Positions 18,158-26,615 of a stretch of DNA of 64,000 nucleotides are shown here, one piece after another. Each line of letters starts with the position of its first letter. Position 1 is the first letter of the stretch. Source of the DNA: Bacteroidia bacterium. Its GTDB lineage: Bacteria; Bacteroidota; Bacteroidia; AKYH767-A; OLB10. The stretch is taken from the NCBI GenBank assembly GCA_039931675.1, contig JBDTRM010000266.1, positions 47 through 64,046 of the forward strand, written 5' to 3'. The notes under the pieces are model-generated. The model did no database searches and was not told the DNA's origin. It worked only from the letters and a program-made list of their open reading frames with translations. A program made the translations under genes and the position numbers.

Positions 18158-20932
18158 TTAAGCCGCTAAAGCTTCGTTTAATTCGTTAATAATTTCTTCC
18201 GTTTGTTCCCCAAACAAGTTCCACATTTTGGTTAAGCCACCATTAGCAATAAAGGGGCTAAGATCAAAATCATCCCGATCAATATGAAAGCTATTGGCAA
18301 CATAGTCCTTTATCATCCTCAGCCATTGCATTTGTTCTTCTGTAAATTTTAAGGTTCCTGCTTGTTTTCTAAACACCCAATCCTGAAAGTTTTTATCCAC
18401 TGTTTTATCAAATGCAGTAAGGTTGCTATCAATACCGCTTACTTTTCTGATCAAAGAAACCAAAGCAATCAATTCATTTTTAGCTGAGCCGTTGGTTTGT
18501 CCTAATTGCTCATAAGCCCGCCACACATGTAATGGAGCTAACAAAGGTTTTTCAGTTTTTAATTTTTCATATACATCTTTAATAATTTTATACGTCAATT
18601 CTCTTCTTCGATAGGGCTGACTATAAAAAATTTGCAGGGCTGTGATTTCGTCTTTATGATTTTCAATCCATGCCGTAAAATCCTGTATAAGAGTTAAAGC
18701 TTTATCCGTATTGTCTTTATCCCAACCAACATTTAATAATGTATCAGGATTAATATGGTCAATAATCTGTGAATGAACTTTTCGTACATTTTCAATGTAT
18801 TCATTCAATTCGCCATTAAAGATTGAAGCTGCTTTCTCTTGTAATGCAGTTGATAACTTATTATATTTTTCATCTTTCAATGCAGGTGCCTCGCCTGCAT
18901 ATTCTCTATCAATTTGCAAGCGTATATCCTGTAAGGTATCCGGGTCGTATGCATTCAATAATTCTTTTACTACTTGTGAAATTTGTTTACCGCATGCTTT
19001 CACCTGAAAAACTTCTTTCTCCTTTTCAGTAATTTGCTTTTCAATTCTTGCCAGCCTGCCTGCAAGAGTAGTAAATAAATCTTCGTCCCTAGCTCCAATG
19101 GCAATTGCTGCTAATAAGTCTTTTAGTGGCTCTCCTGGTTTTTTCTCTAATGGCCTGCTATCCGTTTTTAAACTTTTAGTAACACCTATTGCGTCAACAA
19201 TTACAAAATGGTCTTTTGTAAATTTTGCATTTGGAGTTACTTTTTTGAGTGTTTCTAAGTCAATAGTTCGGGTACCACGACCTTTCATTTGTTCAAAATA
19301 ATTACGACTTTTTACATCCCGCATAAATACCAAACATTCCAATGGTTTTACATCTGTTCCTGTTGCAATCATATCAACGGTAACTGCAATTCTAGGCATG
19401 TAGTCATTTCTGAATTGTGCCAGCGTGCCTTTCGGGTCTTCTGTGTTGTAAGTAATTTTTTTGCAGAACCTGTTTTCTTCTGCAAATTCTTCCCTTACAA
19501 TTTGAATGATGTCATCAGCATGGGAATCAGTTTTTGCAAAAATTAAAGTCTTAGGCACTTCAAATACTCCTAGTTCATCAAAACGGTCAGGAAACATTTC
19601 AGAGAAGTGCTCTTTGAAAGTTTTTATTATCAGCCTAATTTGATTTGGGCTGACAACCTCATCATCCAATTTTTTATTGCTGTATATTTTATCTTCATCT
19701 AATTGTTCCCACCGTCTTCTTCTTGTCAGTTTTTCTCGATGATCAACAAATTCACCCTTCCAAAGAGCAGTGCCTTTTTTAGAAATTTCAGTTTCTATCT
19801 GGTAAACATTATATCCTACGTTTACACCATCAGCTACTGCTTGCTCATGGGTATATTCACTCACAACATTTTGATTGAAGAAACCAAAAGTTCTGTTATC
19901 AGGTGTTGCAGTCAATCCGATTAAGAAACTATCAAAATAATCCAACACCTGTTTCCATAGATTGTAAATGCTGCGATGGCATTCATCAATGATTACAAAA
20001 TCAAAAAACTCAATCGGAACTTTTTGATTGTATGCTACAGGAATTGGCTCCCGTTTCTCCCATTTAATTTCTGCTGGATTAGTTTCTTCTGCTTTCTCAT
20101 CTAATTCTTCACCTTTTAAAATAGAATAGAATCTTTGAATGGTGGAAATATAGACTTTGCTGTCAGTAGGTATATAGCTTGCCTTTAACCGGTGAACACC
20201 ATATAATTCTGTAAACTTTCTGTTATCATCGTTCGGAACAAAAGCCATAAATTCCTGCTCGGCTTGCTCACCTAAGTTTTTGGTATCAACTAAAAACAGA
20301 ACTCTTTTTGCTTTAGCGAATTTCAATAAGCGATAAATAAAAGTGATTGCAGTAAAAGTTTTACCCGAACCAGTTGCCATTTGTATCAATGCCTTGGGCC
20401 GATTTTCCTTGAAAGAATTATCAAGGTTACAAATTGCATTAGTTTGGCAATCTCTTAAACCTTCAACATTTAATTGAGGCAAATCAAAGAATCTTGCTCT
20501 TAATGTTTTTTCTTCCTTAATCAACTTTGCAAAAGTCTCAGGCTTATGAAAAGTAAATACATTTCTTGAACGCGGTTTTGGATCCCGATAATCAGTGAAT
20601 CTTGTTACCTCACCAGTACTTTCATAAACGAACGGTAATTTATCATTATTCAAATATTTCAATTTTGCGGATGCATACTCAGTAGATTGGTCCTCAGCTA
20701 TAATTAGCCGAACGCCTTCTTCTTCGCGTTTCGCCTCAATAACTCCAACAGGTTTTTTGTCAACAAATAAAACATAATCAGCCGGTCCAACATCGGTCAA
20801 ATATTCTTTAACAGCGACACCAATACCAGCATTCAAATTTATCGTTTTAGTGCTTTGTATTAGCCACCCACAGGATGACAGTTGCCTGTCAATATTGTCT
20901 CTTGCTATTTGCTCGGGATTTTGGTTGGGCAT
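18158..20932 (-). CDS. hsdR: Type I restriction enzyme R subunit (helicase/nuclease), with EcoEI-type C-terminal tail
   Basis: 924 aa. N-terminal PD-(D/E)xK-like ADYVLFVD...GVIEAKRE. SF2 motif I MATGSGKT. Motif II IIDECHR. C-terminal DFDLSPFIANGGLTKMWNLFG. Confidence 0.9.
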   Translation of the reverse strand: MPNQNPEQIARDNIDRQLSSCGWLIQSTKTINLNAGIGVAVKEYLTDVGPADYVLFVDKKPVGVIEAKREEEGVRLIIAEDQSTEYASAKLKYLNNDKLPFVYESTGEVTRFTDYRDPKPRSRNVFTFHKPETFAKLIKEEKTLRARFFDLPQLNVEGLRDCQTNAICNLDNSFKENRPKALIQMATGSGKTFTAITFIYRLLKFAKAKRVLFLVDTKNLGEQAEQEFMAFVPNDDNRKFTELYGVHRLKASYIPTDSKVYISTIQRFYSILKGEELDEKAEETNPAEIKWEKREPIPVAYNQKVPIEFFDFVIIDECHRSIYNLWKQVLDYFDSFLIGLTATPDNRTFGFFNQNVVSEYTHEQAVADGVNVGYNVYQIETEISKKGTALWKGEFVDHREKLTRRRRWEQLDEDKIYSNKKLDDEVVSPNQIRLIIKTFKEHFSEMFPDRFDELGVFEVPKTLIFAKTDSHADDIIQIVREEFAEENRFCKKITYNTEDPKGTLAQFRNDYMPRIAVTVDMIATGTDVKPLECLVFMRDVKSRNYFEQMKGRGTRTIDLETLKKVTPNAKFTKDHFVIVDAIGVTKSLKTDSRPLEKKPGEPLKDLLAAIAIGARDEDLFTTLAGRLARIEKQITEKEKEVFQVKACGKQISQVVKELLNAYDPDTLQDIRLQIDREYAGEAPALKDEKYNKLSTALQEKAASIFNGELNEYIENVRKVHSQIIDHINPDTLLNVGWDKDNTDKALTLIQDFTAWIENHKDEITALQIFYSQPYRRRELTYKIIKDVYEKLKTEKPLLAPLHVWRAYEQLGQTNGSAKNELIALVSLIRKVSGIDSNLTAFDKTVDKNFQDWVFRKQAGTLKFTEEQMQWLRMIKDYVANSFHIDRDDFDLSPFIANGGLTKMWNLFGEQTEEIINELNEALAA

Positions 20933-21441
20933 TTATTACTTTAAATGTTGAAAGAGTGCTAATGTTTTTAGAGGGGTGAATGTAAAAACAAATTAATATC
21001 AAAAGATAAATGAGGAGATTGAATTTTAATTCCATCAAACAATTGTGATTATTCGAAGAATTGGGTTTCAAACACAGAAGGTCCTTCCAGGAGGACATGG
21101 TGCATTAAAGCGCCAGGAGCTTTTTTATTTCAAGTTCGTGAATAAACAAGTTACGATTTTTTGCCATCTCTTCATAAATTTCAAATTGTACTTCATTCCA
21201 TAGTCAATGATCAATGTTATTAATCCGGGAGGCAATATTATCCGTCACCGCTACAATAATTGAATGCTCTGCTTGTTTTAGTTTTAAAAGAATTTGAGAT
21301 ATTATATTTGTAAAATAGGCTAATGTTTCCAAATTGAGTCTCATATTAATTCAAGCAAGTCTTTAAAATTTATGCGCCTGAAATATTAAATGAATGATGT
21401 CTGCTATTTATTCGTTAATAAATTCTTTATTATGAAGCGCT

Positions 21442-21871
21442 TCATTTTTTCTGAATTAATACACTCCCCGAAGCTAAATCGTGCAATGCTCTTTTTTGGT
21501 TATTCATGTGTATGGTTATGAAAGAAAGCCAGCCAAGCAAAACTTTTACGAAAAAGCGTATGTATGACTGAAATATATTTATTCGTTTAGATTCGTCTTT
21601 ATGTTGTCTCACCTGAATTTTCCTGATGCGGTTGCCTATTGTACCACCTAATGTCATGCAGAGTGGTTCGTACACTCCGAAAAGCCCAATAAATAAAGCA
21701 CCACGTAACCAATCAGGTGCGCTTTCAAAATTATTCAAGAGTGCTGATAAGATGAACATTAGAAACAGTAAATATCAAATCTATAAAAATTGACTGAATT
21801 CTTCTTACCAATGTGGGGTAAATATTTTGCCCAATAGCTAATGTTTCTAATTGCTGTTCTGTAATATCCAT
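21442..21871 (-). pseudogene. RDD-family membrane protein, apparently split by a frameshift
   Basis: The ORF at 21442-21759 ends ...KRALHDLASGSVLIQKK, a typical RDD C-terminus. A separate frame starting at ATG 21871 encodes MDITEQQLETLAIGQNIYPTLVRRIQSIFIDLIFTVS, an RDD-type N-terminus, and stops just inside the other ORF. One indel near 21750-21765 would join them. Confidence 0.5.
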
Positions 21872-21982
21872 GTTTATTTGTTATTTCTTCCCTGCTTAGT
21901 CTCCCCAAAAAATAAAAACAACGCGGCCCCCGGCAGGTTGAGTAATATTTCTAATTTCTATAAGTTAGGTATCACTGATAGG

Positions 21983-22314
21983 TTATCCCTGATTCGTATT
22001 CATACTATTCAATACCTCTTGTGTAATGTCTTTTCCACCGGCTAAATTGGTATGCAAAGCTCCCACGGTATAAATGGGTCCCCAGGGTATGCCCCACCAG
22101 CCAGCAAGCAGTGTCAATAGCGTGTAGCCTATACTATGTTTTAAAGTTGAGTCGCCAGCCCGGATAAAATAACGCTGCTTCCGCGTTTAAAACTCATTAA
22201 AATGATTGAAATGCAATATTGGAATACAACAAATTTAGCACCGTTGCTTAATTCCCTGTTAATGTCATTTACAGTAAGTCCTTCAATGTTTTTGATTTCT
22301 GCTATTTGATTTTT
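21983..22314 (-). pseudogene. Small membrane protein (GWWGIPWGPIYT motif family), frameshifted and lacking an ATG
   Basis: The reverse strand reads ...IAEIKNIEGLTVNDINRELSNGAKFVVFQYCISIILMSFKRGSS. After a +2 frame shift near 22170-22185 it reads YFIRAGDSTLKHSIGYTLLTLLAGWWGIPWGPIYTVGALHTNLAGGKDITQEVLNSMNTNQG*. There is no ATG between the upstream TAA (22315-22317) and this sequence. Confidence 0.45.
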
Positions 22315-22377
22315 TTATTTGTTTTTATAGTGTGAGTTGACAAACATAGAAAAATTGTGGGAATTTTAGGCGGAAGG

Positions 22378-22419
22378 CGGAAGATGGAGGTTGGAAGTCG
22401 GAAGATGGAGGTTTCTTCC
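22378..22419. repeat. Two tandem 21-bp units sharing an exact 15-mer CGGAAGATGGAGGTT
   Basis: Exact 15-mer at 22378-22392 and 22399-22413, spaced 21 bp apart. Confidence 0.8.
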
Positions 22420-22571
22420 CGTAAAGGACACACCCCAGCCCCTCTCTCTTTCGCATAGGCCAGGCACAGAGGGGAGTGGATTGTTGTAATAATGGAGATT
22501 GTGCAAGGAGAAATGGAACAGGCGCTCAATAAAAAGAGATCGGGATAAGCTATTGGATTTTTACTCTGCAA

Positions 22572-22609
22572 TTTCACCTGACAGGGGCTTCGCGACCTGT
22601 CAGGTGAAA
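22572..22609. repeat. Perfect 14-bp-stem hairpin (REP-like palindromic element)
   Basis: TTTCACCTGACAGG (22572-22585), loop GGCTTCGCGA, then CCTGTCAGGTGAAA (22596-22609). Confidence 0.85.
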
Positions 22610-22641
22610 GCAAATTAGAATAAACACTATTTAAACCTGGC

Positions 22642-22914
22642 AAGAGACAGCTTAACCATAAGGGAAAAGTGCTTAACCTTGACAGGAGATAGCGCAAACA
22701 AGACCACAGACAGCTCAGCGTTTATTTAAGAGTGCTAAAACGCAAACAGAAAGAGTGGAAACTTAAGTGAAGAGAGCTTAACCTTAAATGTGGAGAGCGT
22801 AACTGCGAGCATTAACAGTATAACCAATCAATCTGATAACAGACCCACCACTGAAGAGGGCATATCCTTAACTGAAGAATGCAGGCCGGGATGTGTGAAG
22901 TGCAAAACTTTTAT
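22642..22914 (+). repeat. Degenerate tandem array of 13 units with exact 21-bp phase; consensus about tGAAGAGnGCttAACcTTaAn
   Basis: The core G-C(t/g)(t/a)AAC recurs at 22650, 22671, 22692, 22713, 22734, 22755, 22776, 22797, 22818, 22839, 22860, 22881 and 22902. Every step is exactly 21 bp and there are no indels. Confidence 0.8.
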
Positions 22915-23108
22915 CTTTGAGATGTGAACGTTGTTGATGGAGGATGGATCGTTGATGATGGATCATATATCAAAGTGGTAATGGGAAACCAAGAACAGAT
23001 TGCTTCGTTCCTCGCAATGACGAAAAGAAACCATGAACGCATTGCTTTCCCGAAGGTGCGGGACAGGTTGTTCCCCGCAATGACGGAAGAGGAAACACAG
23101 CAATAATA

Positions 23109-23621
23109 ATGAGCATTCGCGAAGCACTATTAAAGGAACATTCGAAGGCGCAAACTAATCGCATTGTAAATTATATTGGCGATGATGAAAAGAAATTTGC
23201 TGAACTGATGGATTTGTTTTTCAATGATGAATATCGTGTGGTTCAGCGATCAGCGTGGAGTGTAAGTAATTGTGCCGAAGCGCATCCGCAGTTGATTATG
23301 CCTTACCTGAAAAAAATGATTGAATTGCTCGGTGAAGATGTTCATAATGCAGTTAAGCGAAACATAGTGCGCGTGCTTCAGTTTATTGATATTCCGAAAA
23401 AACATTATGGAAAAGCTGCACAGGCTTGTTTTGATTTATTGCTTTCGAAAGATGAACCTGTTGCTGTAAAAGTTTTTGCTATGACAGTAATTGCAAACAT
23501 CAGCAAACATGAACCCGACTTGAAAAATGAATTACGTATTATTATTAATGATCAGCTACCTTATAGCAGCGCAGGTTTTAAATCGCGTGCAAAAAAAATA
23601 TTAATGGCAATTCAAAACTGA
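23109..23621 (+). CDS. Hypothetical helical-repeat (HEAT/ARM-like) protein, possibly of the DNA-alkylation-repair (AlkD-like) superfamily
   Basis: 170-aa clean ORF with helical-repeat-like composition (RVVQRSAWSVSNCAEAHPQLIMPYLKKMIELL...). The functional call is recollection-based only. Confidence 0.35.
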   Translation: MSIREALLKEHSKAQTNRIVNYIGDDEKKFAELMDLFFNDEYRVVQRSAWSVSNCAEAHPQLIMPYLKKMIELLGEDVHNAVKRNIVRVLQFIDIPKKHYGKAAQACFDLLLSKDEPVAVKVFAMTVIANISKHEPDLKNELRIIINDQLPYSSAGFKSRAKKILMAIQN

Positions 23622-23639
23622 AAAACATATTTTCGCACC

Positions 23640-23888
23640 ATGAAAATATTTGTAAAAAATATAGAGCGTTCAATTAATGAACTTATACTCGAATCGCTTT
23701 TTAAACCTTATGGTGAAATATTAAGCACTAAAATTATTTACGATCGCATAACCTGGGAGTCGAAAGGCTTTGGCTTTATCGAATTTGAAAAGAAAGCCGA
23801 TGCACAAAAAGCTATTGAAGCCATGAATGGCAAAGAGATAAAAGGTAAAGCGCTTGAAGTGATGGAAGCGGTGGAGAAGAAAAGATAA
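23640..23888 (+). CDS. RNA-binding protein with a single RRM domain
   Basis: 82 aa. RNP-2 KIFVKNI and RNP-1 KGFGFIEF. Confidence 0.9.
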   Translation: MKIFVKNIERSINELILESLFKPYGEILSTKIIYDRITWESKGFGFIEFEKKADAQKAIEAMNGKEIKGKALEVMEAVEKKR

Positions 23889-23900
23889 TATTGCAATGGT

Positions 23901-23952
23901 AGCCCTCCGAGGGTTGACTGCCCGCGCGGCTGCTAACCCTCGGAGGGCTTTT
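23901..23952 (+). terminator. Hairpin plus T-run downstream of the RRM gene
   Basis: AGCCCTCCGAGGGTT (23901-23915) pairs with AACCCTCGGAGGGCT (23935-23949), followed by TTT. The loop is long (19 nt), so this may be a REP-like element rather than a classical terminator. Confidence 0.55.
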
Positions 23953-23967
23953 GCCTGTGGTTCGTGT

Positions 23968-24014
23968 TTTTTTCACCAACCACTGACAGCGCCTCCCGAT
24001 GGTTGGTGAAAAAA
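23968..24014. terminator. Bidirectional terminator-like hairpin between convergent genes
   Basis: TTTTTTCACCAACCA (23968-23982) pairs with TGGTTGGTGAAAAAA (24000-24014). The T- and A-runs are part of the arms. It sits between the 3' ends of genes 23640-23888 (+) and 24092-24988 (-). Confidence 0.55.
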
Positions 24015-24091
24015 CACCAACCATACATATCCAAAAAGAAAAAGCCTCATTTCTATTGAAGTGAGGCTTTTCGCATATATTGAATGTTAGA

Positions 24092-24988
24092 TTACTTCAA
24101 ACTAAAACTACTTATACCGGCAATCTTACCGTCCACATAAATTTCGATTGAATAAGTTCCTGGTGCAAAGTTACGTGTAGCCTCTTCCCAGTTTAAAGAT
24201 AAGTCTTGTGTGGCATTGGCATATTGAATTGGAGTGGACGCAGTAAACAAAATATCCTCACCATTAGCTTTCATGCTCCCTGAGCCATCAGATTTACTTC
24301 CTAATACTTTTCCACCGGGTTCAGTAATGCGCAAGTAAACAGTTTTCTCTCCCGACTTGGCAATTTTATTTTCAAGAATCTTAAACTGCACTTCCATTTT
24401 ATTGGTGCGCTTAGCCATTGCAGTCTCGGAATATTTGGTAGTGCCGCGCTTTTTATAGGCAATCACTTTTATATACTCTGCCCGCAATAATGAGGCTGTA
24501 TTAACTGTGGAAGTAAGATTTTTATTCAGGCTGTCAACACGGGTTGTTAAATCCATTTTCTCGGTAGCAAGTTGTTGATTAACCATGATGAGTGAATCAA
24601 TTTTATCAAGATAATTATCCCTGAGCTTGCGCAACTCCACTAATTCTTCCTGCAATTTTTTATTCAGTTCATCTTTATTTTTTACAGTTTTTAAAATCTG
24701 GTTGATGCGGGTTTTCTGCTCATCAATTTTAACGTTGGCATCGTTAACCGTACTGTCTAACACAGCATTTTGCCCTTTATACTTTTCTAATTCGGCATAC
24801 GTGGCATTTAATTCTGTTTCAATTTCGGTGCGGGCAGTTTCAAGTGTATCCACACGGCTTTCATAGGTTGTTACAGTGGTCTGGCCTTTATTGAACTGGT
24901 AAAGGTTTGCACCTAACGAGCCTAACAGGGCTACCACTAATAAAATGATAGTTGCTTTTGATGACTTTTGCTGATCCTGATCTTCCAT
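24092..24988 (-). CDS. Membrane-anchored coiled-coil protein with C-terminal beta domain (hypothetical)
   Basis: 298 aa. N-terminal TM (ATIILLVVALLGSLGANLY), a long heptad-rich segment, and a beta-rich tail. Confidence 0.6.
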   Translation of the reverse strand: MEDQDQQKSSKATIILLVVALLGSLGANLYQFNKGQTTVTTYESRVDTLETARTEIETELNATYAELEKYKGQNAVLDSTVNDANVKIDEQKTRINQILKTVKNKDELNKKLQEELVELRKLRDNYLDKIDSLIMVNQQLATEKMDLTTRVDSLNKNLTSTVNTASLLRAEYIKVIAYKKRGTTKYSETAMAKRTNKMEVQFKILENKIAKSGEKTVYLRITEPGGKVLGSKSDGSGSMKANGEDILFTASTPIQYANATQDLSLNWEEATRNFAPGTYSIEIYVDGKIAGISSFSLK

Positions 24989-25162
24989 AGTTTGTGAGGG
25001 TTTTTAATTTTTAGTAAAAGCTTTACTTAAAATATCGGGCTTCTAAATACTGTGCCAAAGTTCTTATATGAATTGAATTGATTTTAGTCGCCTCATAAAG
25101 GTTACTAACAAGGTTTTGTTAAATTCAATTTATCGTTTTTGCAGTTTTATTTCATCCGTTTT

Positions 25163-26185
25163 TCAAATTGAGTAACGTGCCAGCGGAGTAACATCCTGCT
25201 GCACGAAATTATTTTGCAGAAACTTGTAATAGCCCGCAATGGCTATCATACCGGCATTATCAGTGCAATATTGAAAGGGAGGAATAAAAACAGTCCATCC
25301 TTTTTCTGCTACCTGCTCCTCTAATTTTTTGCGCAAACCACTGTTTGCTGAAACTCCACCGGCTATGGCAATATGTTTAATACCTGTTAACTCAGCAGCC
25401 TTAAACAACTTGTTAAACAGCACATCAATTATAGTTTTTTGTAATGATGCGCAGATATCGTTTTTGTTTTTTGCAATGAAATCAGCATCAGCTAAAACAT
25501 TCTTATTTATAAAATTCATAAAAGACGTTTTCAATCCGCTGAAACTATAATTCAATGCAGGCATGTCAGGATGAGGAAATTTAAAACGCAAAGCATCACC
25601 TTGTTGTGCAAATTGATCAATCAACGGACCACCTGGATATGGCAGTCCCATAACTTTTGCCGACTTATCAAAAGCTTCACCCGCAGCATCATCCATTGTT
25701 TCGCCTATTACTTCCATATCGAGATAGTCATTAATACGAACAATCTGCGTATGCCCGCCAGAAACTGTTAAGCATAAAAAAGGGAACTGCGGAAAAGTTT
25801 GATCATTGCTATTCTTTATAAAATGAGCGAGCACATGTGCCTGCATGTGATTAACTTCAATAAGTGGAAGATTTAATGCAAGTGCAAAAGATTTGGCAAA
25901 CGAGGTGCCCACAAGCAGTGATCCTAAAAGACCGGGGCCACGTGTAAACGCCACGCCATTAATCATGCTTTTATTTACATTAGCGCGCTCTAATGCTTCG
26001 GCAACAACGGGAACAATGTTTTGCTGATGAGCACGCGAAGCTAACTCAGGCACTACACCCCCATACTTCATGTGAACTTCCTGGTTAGCAGTAACGTTGG
26101 CAAGAATTTTGTCATCGCACGAAACGGCAGCAGAAGTATCATCGCAAGAAGATTCAATGGCAAGAAGATAAACAGGTATTGACAT
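25163..26185 (-). CDS. tsaD: tRNA N6-adenosine threonylcarbamoyltransferase TsaD (Kae1/Gcp family)
   Basis: 340 aa. LAIESSCDDTSAAV, NHMQAHV, TVSGGHTQI and the GGVSAN motifs are typical of TsaD. Confidence 0.92.
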   Translation of the reverse strand: MSIPVYLLAIESSCDDTSAAVSCDDKILANVTANQEVHMKYGGVVPELASRAHQQNIVPVVAEALERANVNKSMINGVAFTRGPGLLGSLLVGTSFAKSFALALNLPLIEVNHMQAHVLAHFIKNSNDQTFPQFPFLCLTVSGGHTQIVRINDYLDMEVIGETMDDAAGEAFDKSAKVMGLPYPGGPLIDQFAQQGDALRFKFPHPDMPALNYSFSGLKTSFMNFINKNVLADADFIAKNKNDICASLQKTIIDVLFNKLFKAAELTGIKHIAIAGGVSANSGLRKKLEEQVAEKGWTVFIPPFQYCTDNAGMIAIAGYYKFLQNNFVQQDVTPLARYSI

Positions 26186-26319
26186 TTTAAAATTTACTGA
26201 TTAACGTTTACAATATAGCATATTCATTAAAAATATAAATTCATACATTTTATTTGATGCAAAAATAAGTCCTTATTTGAAGACTCAAAAACCTTAGTAA
26301 AAAAATTGAAACAGGAATG

Positions 26320-26374
26320 AAAACCTTATTACCTTATTATTTTTGCGGTAGTGAAAATAAGGTAATAAGGTTTT
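26320..26374. repeat. Perfect 19-bp inverted repeat (17-nt spacer) in the tsaD-tamB divergent intergenic region
   Basis: AAAACCTTATTACCTTATT (26320-26338) pairs with AATAAGGTAATAAGGTTTT (26356-26374). It is nested inside an outer 10-bp inverted repeat: AACCTTAGTA (26290-26299) and TACTAAGGTT (26397-26406). Confidence 0.85.
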
Positions 26375-26615
26375 TGATGGTCTGCCGAAGTTTTCTACTA
26401 AGGTTAAAATAACAAAATAAGGTTGAATCCTGCGATAAATGAAGAGTGAAAATTTATGACGTTCAAAGTATAACATTTATTAATTCCAATTTATTTTGAA
26501 TCGCAAAAATAAATTCCGCAATAACAACACTTTTCAATTAAAATAAAATTTTAATAACACTTCTATCAGACGATTTTTAAAAATATTAAGCTACACCATA
26601 CTCACCTTCTTATTA

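Noticed and set aside
20889-21098. 69-aa minus-strand ORF overlapping the hsdR start
   Set aside because: It overlaps the hsdR 5' end and the likely promoter. It has no motif and an odd composition. It is probably non-coding.
21100-21360. Possible N-terminal fragment of a PLD-like/nuclease gene on the minus strand (MRLNLETLAYFTNIISQILLKLKQAEHSIIVAVTDNIASRINNIDH*)
   Set aside because: It has only about 45 codons before a stop, and its resemblance to PLD-family N-termini is vague. That is insufficient to call a pseudogene.
22642-22914. The 21-bp periodic array as a CRISPR array
   Set aside because: There is no alternation of conserved repeats with unique spacers. The whole 21-bp unit is the degenerate repeat, it is far shorter than CRISPR repeat-plus-spacer periods, and no cas genes are in the window.
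22302-23164. Track ORFs 22302-22697 (-), 22924-23106 (+) and 22970-23164 (-)
   Set aside because: They are translations of hairpin and tandem-repeat DNA (e.g. TSIFRLPTSIFRLP, SLRGTKQS). One overlaps the start of the real gene at 23109. They have no start context and no domains.
23812-24024. 70-aa minus-strand ORF between the RRM gene and the coiled-coil gene
   Set aside because: It spans the two terminator-like hairpins and overlaps the RRM gene 3' end. It is an artefact of palindromic sequence.
26294-26476. 60-aa minus-strand ORF in the tsaD-tamB spacer
   Set aside because: It is made of the nested inverted repeats, with no coding signal.
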